Shown one piece after another: positions 51,920 through 62,500 of a stretch of 64,000 nucleotides of DNA. The translations under genes were made by a program, and so were the position numbers. A model generated the notes under the pieces. The model saw only the letters and a list, made by a program, of their open reading frames with translations, was not told the DNA's origin and did no database searches. The stretch spans positions 88,697-152,696 of the forward strand of contig CAVVVN010000009.1 in assembly GCA_963751705.1 (NCBI GenBank), given 5' to 3'. Position 1 is the stretch's first letter. Each line of letters begins with the position of its first letter. The stretch is from an uncultured Bacteroidales bacterium (GTDB lineage Bacteria; Bacteroidota; Bacteroidia; Bacteroidales; GCA-2748055).

Positions 51920-54772
51920 ATGAAACTATGTAAAGCAATTGTCTTATTAAGCTCCATTCTTTTGCTTGCCTGCTCTCAGGAACCTGCGCCCCTAAAGATT
52001 ACCAACCTGGAATGTGAATACCTGGTCAATCCCCTTGCAATGGATGTACTTGAACCCCGCCTTAGCTGGAAGTTAGAAGCATTAAATGATCAGGTTTATA
52101 ACCAGAAGCAAAAGGCATATCAGATTTTAGTTGCCGGTTCTCCTGAAAAGCTGACGGAACAAGCGGCTGATCTATGGAACAGCGGAAGAGTTGAATCGGA
52201 CAAAACGGCGCAAATTATCTATGAGGGAAAACCTTTGGAAAGCATGCAGTTCTGTTATTGGAAAGTGAAAGTCTGGAACAAGGAAAATGAGGTTTCACCT
52301 TGGAGTGAACCTGCCTTCTGGAGGATGGGCCTGCTGGAAGAAACGGACTGGAAGGCACAATGGATTGGAGATGAACCCGATTTGAGGCAAAAAGCTTACC
52401 GTGCATATTTGGATCAGCATAATCCGGTAAATGATGGAGCTTTGAAAAATGTTAGGCCTATACCTCCCCCTTCTTCGATGTTACGGAAGAAATTTAGGAT
52501 TGATAAGAAGGTCAGGAGAGCCTTCCTCTATGCTTCGGCGCTGGGATATTATGAAATTTGGCTCAATGGCCATAAAGCAGGTGACCAGGTCCTCGCACCT
52601 GAATGGACCGATTACAACAAAAGAGTGCAGTACCAGGTGTATGATGTCAGCAAAGCTCTCAGGGAAGGAGATAATTTAATTTCTTCGGTGTTAGGTGATG
52701 GGTGGTACCTGGGTATGCTGGGTCCCACCAAATGGCATGCCGAGTATCCCCGCCGGGGCTATTATGGAAATGACCGCCGGCTGATAGCGCAACTAATGGT
52801 CGAATATAATGATGGGACAAAACTGGTAGTAACAACTGATGGTTCCTGGAAAATAAACGCCGATGGATATATTATCGATGCCGACAATTTCCGGGGACAG
52901 ACTATTGATGCCCGTAAAATTCCTGCCGGATGGAAAAAGGCGGATTTTGATGATAATTTATGGAAGAATGCTTTCGTTGATGCCTCAATCGACAAAAACC
53001 TTGAAGCACAGAAGAATGAACCCATCAGGGTTTATGATACACTCTCCCCTGTCCATATTCATCAAAAGGGAGATAAATATATCATTGACTTTGGTCAAAA
53101 CCTTGCAGGATTTACCAAATTGACAATAAAAGGAGACAGGGGAGATTCCATTACCCTGAGACATGGTGAAATGCTTACGGACGACGGTTTACTTTACACA
53201 AGCAACCTGGCAGCTGCCATCCAGGAAGATCATTATCTGCTTTCCGGCGGTGAGGATATTTTTGAGCCCACTTTTACTTATCATGGTTTCCGTTACGTGG
53301 AGATTTCCGGATTAACCGATGCCCCCGAAAAAGAGATGATTAAAGCCTTGGCTGTCTCCTCCGATCCGTTAGTAACGGGTAACTTTGAATGCTCTAATCC
53401 AAAACTGAACCAGCTATGGAGCAATATCCTGTGGACCCAGCGTAGCAATATGACAAGTGTTCCCACAGACTGTCCCCAACGCGATGAGCGTATGGGATGG
53501 ATGGGGGATGCCCAGGTTTTTTGCCAGACCAGCATGTTTAATATGGATATGGCTGCTTTCTACACCAAATGGTTAAAAGATATAAGGGATGCGCAATCGC
53601 AGCGGGGTACCTTCCCTGATATCGCCCCACATGCCAACGACCCCGATAGCCGTTTCAGCAATGCCCCTGCATGGGCAGATGCCGGTATGATCATTCCATG
53701 GCGGATGTACCAGAATTACGGCGATACGGAAATTCTTCGTCTGCATTATCATGCCATGAAACGGTATCTGGAAAATATCCGGCAGCAAAATCCGGATCAT
53801 TTATGGCTCCATGATACCGGAAATCACTATGGGGACTGGCTTAATGCCAATACGATTATAGCAGATGAATACTCAAATACTCGCGGCGAAATTCCCAAAG
53901 ATGTTTTTGCCACCGCTTTTTATGCCAATTCGGTCAGGCTCTTCAGTAGAATGGCTGAAATTCTTGGTAACGAAAAAGATGCAGCCGAATATTTCAAGCT
54001 CTTTGAGGACATCCGGAGGAAGTTTAACGATACCTATGTCAACTCTGAGTTCAGGATAAAAGGGAATACACAATCGGCCTATGCCTTGGCTCTGCACTTT
54101 GATTTGCTACCTCAAGAGAACCAGAAGGAAGCATTTGATCATATGATCGAATGCATCGAAGAATACGATTATCGCATTTCTACGGGTTTTGTCACCACAT
54201 TAATGATGATGAAAGAATTGGTGAAATGGGGGAGAACCGATATTGCCTGGCAATTGCTTGAGTCGGAACGTTTTCCCTCGTGGATATATTCCATCAATCA
54301 GGGAGCTACCACCATATGGGAACGGTGGGATGGATATGTGAAAGGGAGAGGATTTCAGAATCCAGGGATGAATTCGTTCAATCACTACTCTATCGGAGCG
54401 GTTGGGGAGTGGATGTACAGGGTAATTCTGGGAATAAATCCATCTGAAGAGCACCCTGGATTCAAACACTTTATCATACATCCCCGTCCAGGTGGTACTT
54501 TAACCTGGGCAAGGGGTCATTATAATTCAATCAACGGATTGATTTCATCTGAGTGGAAATTGGAGAATGGATTATTTTCTCTTGAGATTGTGATTCCTAT
54601 AAATACAACCGCTACAGTTGTTTTACCTTGTGAAACCCATGAAAAGATCAAATTAAATTCAAAACCGGTTTCTTCGGCTGAAATTGATAAAAAGCATCTG
54701 ACTGAAAATGAAACAGTCTTGGAACTGGGATCCGGAAAATATCAGATTTTGGTACCAAGCAGTTTTGATTGA
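51920..54772 (+). CDS. Alpha-L-rhamnosidase (GH78) lipoprotein
   Basis: Lipobox LLAC; DFGQN, FTYHGFRY, PTDCPQRDERMGW.GD, ATTIWERW, NSFNHY. Confidence 0.95.
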   Translation: MKLCKAIVLLSSILLLACSQEPAPLKITNLECEYLVNPLAMDVLEPRLSWKLEALNDQVYNQKQKAYQILVAGSPEKLTEQAADLWNSGRVESDKTAQIIYEGKPLESMQFCYWKVKVWNKENEVSPWSEPAFWRMGLLEETDWKAQWIGDEPDLRQKAYRAYLDQHNPVNDGALKNVRPIPPPSSMLRKKFRIDKKVRRAFLYASALGYYEIWLNGHKAGDQVLAPEWTDYNKRVQYQVYDVSKALREGDNLISSVLGDGWYLGMLGPTKWHAEYPRRGYYGNDRRLIAQLMVEYNDGTKLVVTTDGSWKINADGYIIDADNFRGQTIDARKIPAGWKKADFDDNLWKNAFVDASIDKNLEAQKNEPIRVYDTLSPVHIHQKGDKYIIDFGQNLAGFTKLTIKGDRGDSITLRHGEMLTDDGLLYTSNLAAAIQEDHYLLSGGEDIFEPTFTYHGFRYVEISGLTDAPEKEMIKALAVSSDPLVTGNFECSNPKLNQLWSNILWTQRSNMTSVPTDCPQRDERMGWMGDAQVFCQTSMFNMDMAAFYTKWLKDIRDAQSQRGTFPDIAPHANDPDSRFSNAPAWADAGMIIPWRMYQNYGDTEILRLHYHAMKRYLENIRQQNPDHLWLHDTGNHYGDWLNANTIIADEYSNTRGEIPKDVFATAFYANSVRLFSRMAEILGNEKDAAEYFKLFEDIRRKFNDTYVNSEFRIKGNTQSAYALALHFDLLPQENQKEAFDHMIECIEEYDYRISTGFVTTLMMMKELVKWGRTDIAWQLLESERFPSWIYSINQGATTIWERWDGYVKGRGFQNPGMNSFNHYSIGAVGEWMYRVILGINPSEEHPGFKHFIIHPRPGGTLTWARGHYNSINGLISSEWKLENGLFSLEIVIPINTTATVVLPCETHEKIKLNSKPVSSAEIDKKHLTENETVLELGSGKYQILVPSSFD

Positions 54773-55013
54773 ACTATACCTGCACGACCCTTCGTCTCTT
54801 TAACTCCTGCCAGAAACGGGATAATTTGTTTGGGTAAGTGGGCATTACAGTGAAATTACTTACTGCAAGTTTTTATTATTTTAAGGTCAAGTGTATATGC
54901 TGGTCTGGCTCTTTGCTTGCCCAAATAGCCTGGCATATGACACAACAGGCTGTTTTTTTATTAACTATTTTATTATCAACTTTTTATTTCAAGTACCTCT
55001 TAGAAAAATAGAG

Positions 55014-55021
55014 TACCTTTG
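55014..55021 (+). promoter_or_regulatory. -7 box TACCTTTG upstream of the ceo-like gene
   Basis: Exact TAnnTTTG match. Confidence 0.5.
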
Positions 55022-55177
55022 CAGCAGGTTTATATCATTTTTGATTTCAATTAGTCATTGCTCCATCTTGCTGCACTATTAGTATAATCTTTCACCCTAG
55101 CAGCTGATTCCTCATTGAATTACGATAGTCGGACCGACATTAATTTGTTATTTAACAAAATAAAGAACAGAGTACTC

Positions 55178-56326
55178 ATGAAAAAACTAACCTTAGGAGT
55201 TATTGGAACTTCAAGAAAAGAAGATGAAAAACGTGTTCCAATTCATCCGGAACATCTAGCACGTTTACCAGAGGATATTAGAAAACAACTAGTTTTTGAA
55301 AAGAGTTACGGAGCACCTTTTGGCTTAGATGATGATTTTTTTGTTTCTCAAACCGGAGGAGTTGCTTCTCGTCATGAATTATTAGCTGAACTTGGTTCGG
55401 TGATTATTGCGAAACCAGTATTAGCAGATCTACAAGAAATCCGTAAAGGGGGATTCATTTGGGGTTATCCGCATTGCGCTCAACAAGTAGACATAACACA
55501 AACTGCAATAGATCGGAAATTAACACTAATTGCATTTGAGGATATGTTTGTTTGGACTCCCAATGGTCAAATAGGAAGACATACGTTTTATAAGAATAAT
55601 GAAATGGCAGGCTATTGTGCAGTTATTCATGCGCTACAATTAAGGGGGATTGATGGCCATTATGGTAACCAGCGAAAAGCAGTTATTTTTAGTTTTGGGG
55701 CCGTTAGTCGTGGGGCTATTTATGCCCTAAAAGCCCATGGTTTCAGAGAAATTACAATTTGTATCCAAAGGCCTGACTACGAAGTTCGCGAAGAAATCTT
55801 AGATGTTCATTATGTTCGTATTCGTGAAGGTAAGAATGGAGAGGCCAGAATGGTAACTATTGAACATGATGGGACGGTTAGACCATTAGCAAACTTAATA
55901 AGTGAATCTGAAATCATTATTAATGGCACCTATCAGGATACAGACAATCCTATCAATTTTGTTACAGAAGATGAAAAAGACATTTTAAAAGCAGGAAGCT
56001 TAATTATTGATGTTAGCTGTGACGAAGGTATGGGGTTCTATTTTGCTAAACCTACTACTTTTAAAAACCCAATTCTAAAAATTAATAAAATCGACTATTA
56101 TGCAGTAGATCATACGCCAAGTTACTTATGGGAGAGTGCTTCGAGGTCAATATCTGCAGCACTCATAGTTTATCTACCAACAATTTTAGAAGGTCATGGA
56201 AGTTGGATGAAAAATCCCACAATTGAAAAGGCCATTAATATAGAAGATGGCGTGATTAAAAAGGAGTCTGTTTTAACTTTTCAGAATCGTTTTCCTCATT
56301 ATCCTCATGATTTCATAAGGAATTAG
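55178..56326 (+). CDS. N5-(carboxyethyl)ornithine synthase-like (AlaDH/PNT family)
   Basis: KEDEKRVPIHP, WGYPH, IAFEDM, NNEMAGY, IDVSCD, VDHTPS. Confidence 0.85.
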   Translation: MKKLTLGVIGTSRKEDEKRVPIHPEHLARLPEDIRKQLVFEKSYGAPFGLDDDFFVSQTGGVASRHELLAELGSVIIAKPVLADLQEIRKGGFIWGYPHCAQQVDITQTAIDRKLTLIAFEDMFVWTPNGQIGRHTFYKNNEMAGYCAVIHALQLRGIDGHYGNQRKAVIFSFGAVSRGAIYALKAHGFREITICIQRPDYEVREEILDVHYVRIREGKNGEARMVTIEHDGTVRPLANLISESEIIINGTYQDTDNPINFVTEDEKDILKAGSLIIDVSCDEGMGFYFAKPTTFKNPILKINKIDYYAVDHTPSYLWESASRSISAALIVYLPTILEGHGSWMKNPTIEKAINIEDGVIKKESVLTFQNRFPHYPHDFIRN

Positions 56327-56405
56327 CAGTCAGAACATATCTACTCTTGAGAACATTACATTATTATATAACTAACTGTTTTAGCTCTATGCAACAATAG
56401 AACTT

Positions 56406-56540
56406 GCCTCTAAGGTAACGTGCAAACGATGTGGGGTAATGGCGCTTGTTTTGCGTTTGAATTGATTATGTTATTATTGATTTATTATGGTCTGCAAAAC
56501 ATGTGACAAACCACATGGAGTTTACCTAATGTTGGCTGTC
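56406..56540. repeat. attC-like palindrome downstream of the membrane-protein cassette
   Basis: GCCTCTAAG...GTTGGCTGTC; arms ATGTGG/CCACAT (56429-34/56511-16) and TGTTTTGC/GCAAAACA (56447-54/56494-501). Confidence 0.6.
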
Positions 56541-57038
56541 GTAATTATTCTTTATTGAGTAATCTATTTGTGTAACACTCTTAATGAACTCAGCAATCTT
56601 TATTGCTCTTCTTCGACCAGTTTTAATAATTGGGACACTGCTGTTTTTAAGACCGAAATATACATCATATGAATTCAGATCATATTCAAATGGTACAACA
56701 CCATTAATGTAGCCTTTCCCTCTTTTTTTCTTGGGTACAATGAGGATTCTATCTGCTTCCTTTGGGATTTTGATTTTGTCAGTAGATAAACTTCTCCCAA
56801 AGACTCTATACTCTTTGAGAATCAACAGCCTTTTTTCATCTACAAAGAATCTGGTTCTGAATGTAACTAGTAAGAGTCCAATCCCCAGGAATCCAACCAT
56901 TCCCACAATGCGGCCAGATGATTCTTCTAAGGCAGAATAGTCTATGGCGAAAGTAGCTGAGTATATTGAAAAGCCTATAAATATATATCCCAGAATCACT
57001 AATGCAAGAGGAAAGAGATTATATGCATAATTCTTCAT
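56526..57038 (-). CDS. Hypothetical two-TM membrane protein
   Basis: ATG at 57038 (the longer listed ORF starts inside the palindrome); two hydrophobic helices followed by a basic soluble domain. Confidence 0.7.
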   Translation of the reverse strand: MKNYAYNLFPLALVILGYIFIGFSIYSATFAIDYSALEESSGRIVGMVGFLGIGLLLVTFRTRFFVDEKRLLILKEYRVFGRSLSTDKIKIPKEADRILIVPKKKRGKGYINGVVPFEYDLNSYDVYFGLKNSSVPIIKTGRRRAIKIAEFIKSVTQIDYSIKNNYDSQH

Positions 57039-57066
57039 ATCAATGTTTTCAATTAGGACAGCCAAC
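56531..57066 (-). mobile_element. Putative gene cassette carrying the membrane protein
   Basis: Bounded by GTTGGCTGTC (56531-56540) and its exact reverse complement GACAGCCAAC (57057-57066). Confidence 0.72.
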
Positions 57067-57156
57067 GGTCCGGGTATACTAACGTTTGCTAATGGCGGGC
57101 TTTTTGTCACAAAAAGCGTGATTAGGCAAATGGAGTATATATTATGTTAGCGTTAG
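57057..57156. repeat. attC-like palindrome (best preserved copy)
   Basis: GCCAAC...TATACT-AA-CGTTTGC-TAAT...GCTTTTTG-TCA-CAAAAAGC...ATTA-GGCAAATG-G-AGTATA...GTTAGCGTTAG. Confidence 0.75.
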
Positions 57157-57233
57157 TTGTTACTTCTTGCCTAATTAATATTTTACGACTCTTCTTTCCT
57201 GGTAGCTCATTATCAGGTTCTACAAGCAAATTT

Positions 57234-57482
57234 CTATCGTTTTTTAAATATCAAATTAAACAATAGCAATATTACAATTGCTCCCACAGCACCTGTCAGT
57301 ATGGCTCCAATCCAACCTGCGCCCAGATTAACACCAAGTTTCCCTAAAAGCCAGTAACCAACAATACTCCCAATAATCCCCACCACTATATTCCCAATGA
57401 AACCAAGGCCACTACCCTTGTAAACCATGCTGCCTAACCAGCCAGCTGCTCCACCAACGATAAGAATAACAATAATTTCCAT
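57234..57482 (-). CDS. GlsB/YeaQ/YmgE family stress-response membrane protein
   Basis: GGAAGWLG, GNIVVGIIGS..G, GAVGAIVIL. Confidence 0.9.
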   Translation of the reverse strand: MEIIVILIVGGAAGWLGSMVYKGSGLGFIGNIVVGIIGSIVGYWLLGKLGVNLGAGWIGAILTGAVGAIVILLLFNLIFKKR

Positions 57483-57588
57483 TTTCTTTTGGTTTTGAAT
57501 GATTTATAAATTGCCTATGCATATCTAATTCACTTAGTATTGCATTCCATGATGTCTCAATATGGACAACATAAATGCAAACCATTTC

Positions 57589-59358
57589 TTATAATCCCAG
57601 TTCATTATAAATGGCCTGAAATCTGGGATCACCTCTAAGAAATTCGAAATCCTTAGAGAATTTCTGGGAAAGTAAATTACTATCACCAGCCTCTAAACTC
57701 TTTTCCAACCATACAAGGGCTTGATCAGCATCCCCCAGAAGACTGTAAAAACATGCAATCCGAGAACTCAAATTTATCCTTAGATAGAAATCCGAAGAGC
57801 TATCTTCTTGCAGCCAAAGGATGTACCATTTGATGACTCCTTCGATGCCAGAATCCAGGAAAATGGTATCAATCATTTCGGAATCATTAACTGAAGGATC
57901 CATTGAAACGAGTTCTTTTAGATTTTCTACGGCTGCCAAATCATTGCCCAACCTGATATTACATTTAAAGATCCTTTGCATGGGCCATCCATACTGAAAA
58001 ATCTCGAGGGACTTCATGCAATCATCGATGGCCTCTTCATAGGCACCTTCATCATAATAGTAACTTGCACGCAAGTTATACATAGTCTGGGAATGGGGAT
58101 TGAGCCTGATGGCCTTGTCAATATATTTTAGAGCATCCTTGGTTTTCCCCAGAGTACTCATTAATTCTGAAAGATATTGGTAGGCATTGGCATCATTGGG
58201 ATTGAGCGAAATAGCATACAGCAACTCCTTTTCAGCCCCCTTCCAATCCCTGTCATACCATGTTAAAACTCCTCCAAGTGTAGCGTGGGCTTCAGGGAGA
58301 TTCTCATTGATTGAAAGGGCTTTTTTGAGGTAGGTCTTTGCTTTTTCATAGCCTTCATCCCTTGGGTAACTTCCCCACCAGCTCATAATAAAATACACAT
58401 CGCCCATTCCGGCGTAGGCGAGTGCATAATTGGGGTCGATTTCTATGGCCTGCTCGAAATTTTGTAAACTCTTATACAAATCTTCCTGCGTTCGCCGGTG
58501 CCAGAAATAGCGCCCCTTCAGGTACAGATTATAAGCGTCAGGATTTTCCGTTTGTCGATGACCGACTGTTTCTCCTTGATTGCCCAGCAGCTCAACTTTG
58601 AGCTTTTCAACAATTGCCATGGATATTTCATCCTGAATGCTGAAAATGTCATTGAACTCACGGTCAAATTGCTCTGACCAAAGGTGAGAGCCATCCTCTA
58701 CATTAATCAGTTGAGCGGTAATACGTAGCCGATCACCAGCCTTTTGCACACTCCCCTCCATGACCGTACTCACACCCAGAATCGCTCCTATTTCACGGAT
58801 ATCTGTCTGCTTGTTCTTGAAGGCAAAGGTGGAGGTTCTTGCGATGACCTTTAAGTTATCGAGTTGGGTTAAAGAATTTATTATCTCTTCGGCGATTCCA
58901 TCACAGAAATACTCCTGGTCCTGTTCTATACTCATATCTTCGAATGGTAAAACAGCAATGGATTTATCCACGATCTGCTTATCGTTAGCCCGGGGAACAA
59001 CATTCAATATGATCAGTCCCACAATCACTGCAAAACTGATATAGCTGGCGATCTTCCAGCTGCTGAAAGATTTGGAAATTTCCTCAGTTTTTAACTTATG
59101 AGCCGGTTCTGTCTTTACCATTCCCTCTTTCGGGTGGACGTCATAGATCCATGAGAAGATAATAACTATTGGGAATCCGATTGCAAGAAGAACAATAACG
59201 AAAGTAGGAGTCCAGTCCGGCAGGCGAAGTGGTTCAGTAATGTTGTTGATCAGCTCTATGATCACAAATGCTGCTCCTGCGTAGACCGTTATCACCCGAA
59301 CTACATTCCTTCTTTTTAGTTCCTGCCAGATTCGGGATAGTTTGTTGGGATTAGCCAT
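57589..59358 (-). CDS. Membrane-anchored TolB-like/TPR protein
   Basis: ELKRRNVVRV N-terminus, SIAVLPF, ARTSTF, EGSV, HLWSE, TPR repeats. Confidence 0.85.
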   Translation of the reverse strand: MANPNKLSRIWQELKRRNVVRVITVYAGAAFVIIELINNITEPLRLPDWTPTFVIVLLAIGFPIVIIFSWIYDVHPKEGMVKTEPAHKLKTEEISKSFSSWKIASYISFAVIVGLIILNVVPRANDKQIVDKSIAVLPFEDMSIEQDQEYFCDGIAEEIINSLTQLDNLKVIARTSTFAFKNKQTDIREIGAILGVSTVMEGSVQKAGDRLRITAQLINVEDGSHLWSEQFDREFNDIFSIQDEISMAIVEKLKVELLGNQGETVGHRQTENPDAYNLYLKGRYFWHRRTQEDLYKSLQNFEQAIEIDPNYALAYAGMGDVYFIMSWWGSYPRDEGYEKAKTYLKKALSINENLPEAHATLGGVLTWYDRDWKGAEKELLYAISLNPNDANAYQYLSELMSTLGKTKDALKYIDKAIRLNPHSQTMYNLRASYYYDEGAYEEAIDDCMKSLEIFQYGWPMQRIFKCNIRLGNDLAAVENLKELVSMDPSVNDSEMIDTIFLDSGIEGVIKWYILWLQEDSSSDFYLRINLSSRIACFYSLLGDADQALVWLEKSLEAGDSNLLSQKFSKDFEFLRGDPRFQAIYNELGL

Positions 59359-59502
59359 GAATAAGTATATACATAGTTACAAGTTAGGTTAGAAGTACAT
59401 ACGAGTCAAACAGAAGAAATTAATTATGAAAGCTAATGATTTGAATAAGCGACTTTGTTGATAGCGATATTTTTTGTTAAAAAACGTTTTCCATCACGGT
59501 TT

Positions 59503-62500
59503 TTATTTGGTTTTACTGGGATAATCTTTCATTTCAATAACAAGCTTTCCTCCTTTGATCAATTCTTTTTGGGAGAATTTCCACGCCTTCAACTTTTTCC
59601 CATTTAACCATGCTGAATGGATGTATTTATTTTCCCTGGATGCATTTTTTGCCTCTATGACAAAGGTGTTTCCTCCATAATAATCTTCGCTAAGATGAAT
59701 GGTTGCCTTCTCAAATCTGGGGCTTCCTAATTCATATTGCGGATTTGTTGATGCACCTCCATCCATTTGAAATAATCCCAGTGCACTCATAACATACCAT
59801 GCACTCATCTGGCCTTGATCTTCATCTCCCGGGTAAGCATCACGGGTGCCAGTACCATAGTAATTTTCCTGAATGGCTCTTGCCCATTTTTGAGTTAAGC
59901 AGGGCGCATTCGCATAATTAAAAAGGTAACAGGATTGCATATTGGGTTGGTTCCCGTGATTTATGGGATATTTTGAAAAATCATCCCCCAAAGCATTAAA
60001 ATTTACTTTTTCGGAACGATACATCGCACTATCCAGCCGTGTGATAAAACGTTCTTTGCCGATCGCATCTACCAGGCCGCCCATATCATGTGGCACAAAC
60101 CAGCTAAATTGCCAGGCATTTCCTTCGACAAAACCGGGAGTGTGATACGGACTAAAGGGTTCATACCATGTTCCGTCTGCATTTTTTGGTCGCATAAATC
60201 CTGATTTTGAATCAAAGATATTGCGCCAGTTTTGAGAGCGCTGCATAAACAACTCATAGTCATCGGTTTCCCCCAGTTCTTTGGCTGCCTGTGCCAAACA
60301 CCAGTCGTCAAAGGCGTATTCAAGTGTATTAGATACATAACTTTGATAAACACCTGTTTGCAGGGGTACATACCCATATTTCATATAAGCGACAAGGCTT
60401 TCGTTTCCCACTCGGCCACCTCCAGGATGCGATTCCTGGGGGAATGTGGTTTGTACATGGCGCATGGCCTCATATGCTTTTGTAAAATCAAAATCTCTAA
60501 TACCAGAGTTCCAGGCACCTACAATCCAGGGAATGGCGTGTTCGGCAACCATAACGCTTGAGTATTCACCAGCAAAAATACCCTTGGACAACCATCCGCC
60601 TATATCATAAAAAGCCAGTAAACTTTTTATTTGCATCGAGGAAAATTCGGGGGCAATAAGTTGATTCAGTTGCTGAACATTCCAAAAAGTATTCCAGAAC
60701 TCTCCCGAACATAATCGTTGATCCGGGTCTTTAAATGTTTGGATATTTTCATTCATATCTACCCATTGACCGTTTACATCACCCCAGGCCACTCTACCAG
60801 ACAATGCTCGATAAAGATTGGTATAAAACTTTACCTTTTGTAAGTAATCGTCCGTCTCTATTTCTATTCTGCCAAGATATGCGTTCCATACATTTTTTTG
60901 ATTTTGAACGACCTTTTCAAAATCGAAACCAAACGGTTCAGTAATTTCTTTTTCTAAGTTCAACCAGGCATTTTCTGTACTCACCAATGAAATAGAACTT
61001 CTTACTAAAATGGTGTCATTATCTTGCGTTTTAAAATTGATAAATGCACCTGTATGTCCTGAACCACTTATTTCGCTTACATCACTTAGCACGGACCCAT
61101 AGCTAAGACCATGATTTAATTTATCTAAGGCTTTTGCTTTGTCTGTCCACCCGCCCAAGCTATCGAAAGCTTTGTTAAACTCCAGAACAAAATATAATTT
61201 ATAGTCCTGAGTAAGTACATAGCCCGTCTTATCACATATATGGTGAACATAGCCCTCCACTTTCTTATTGCCAATTCGGGTAATTTTTGCTTCCACGTTT
61301 TGATAACTGTATTCAGCATCTGGATATGTGTCAATTAGGATGCGTGAAGCGTCAGATTTAGGGAAAACATATCGCTGAAGTCCGGACCGGGTAGTGGCTG
61401 TAAGGTCTACATGAACATTATAATCGGTCAAATCCACGCTATATATCCCGATTTCAGCTTTTTCTGCTGTTTTGTCAATGCGAGAACGATACCCAAGGTC
61501 CGGATTGTGCTCAGGTCCGGGTTTGGTCTGTAAAAGCCCTACGGTGGGCATCATCAAAAATCCGGACATGGTCCATTCTTGCGTATGATTAAATCCTGAA
61601 ATATTTTCGATTTGATATTCATAACCGGCTTTCCAGACCGTGCGCTCATTATTTGGACTAAGTTGAACCATAGGCATGGGGTGCCTTGGGCCGGGAGTAA
61701 TCATCCAGCGGGATCCGCTCGTTCCCATAAACTGATCTACATAATCGGGATAGCTTATTTTTTTTGCAGGGAAGCGTTGGAGTTGTTCCCTGAATTTAAG
61801 TTTTTCATCAATGTAGATTTCAACCTGGGATTTTCTTCTCTCTTTTACTGCCGGCAAATAGAACTCCAATATGCTATGGCCGGGCTCTATCTGTTTTTTT
61901 ATTTCTTTGTCATCCACAATTACCCTGATGGAAGCATGGTTTTTTTGCTGTCTGATATCTACCAGTAAGGGTTGGATGTTTTCTGTAGTGTTACCCATTT
62001 CGAAGTTGGCGAATGCAACAGATATCAACATCGTATTCCCCGGATAAACCAGGTGTAAATCCTCTGGTCCATCCATTTTAATGGCATCAAATACGCACCA
62101 GTTGCCTGTCATATTCTGAAAGATAATTTCATTGATGCCTTTCTTAAGTTCCTCTGCAGGAAATGAAAAGGAAATCGTCTGAGGATTCATGCCTAAGTCC
62201 TGAGGAATACCCCCCGATTTCCCAGCCTGCAACTGATGGTTATAAGCCTTCCCATTAATCACAGCACGAAATAGTGGCGGATTTTCCGAACTCACCTCTA
62301 TGATCTGGACCACAAGCGTGCAAGCGCCTTCCGCAGGCACGTAATCCAATTCAAAGTAAATAGGTAAGCGATGCAATGCCAATCCTGCCCAATAGCCGTA
62401 TCCCGAAAAACGGTCTTTAGGTCCTGGCAGGATATAAGGCCAGTCTTCGGATGGGATCGATTTGCCCACAACATAATACCTGTCCTTCCCGCCGAAACCC

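Noticed and set aside
48096-57156. Interpreting the palindromes as CRISPR repeats, REP elements or simple terminators
   Set aside because: The copies differ in sequence, are 100-175 bp long, lack regular spacers and U-tracts, and their ends match across genes rather than within an element.
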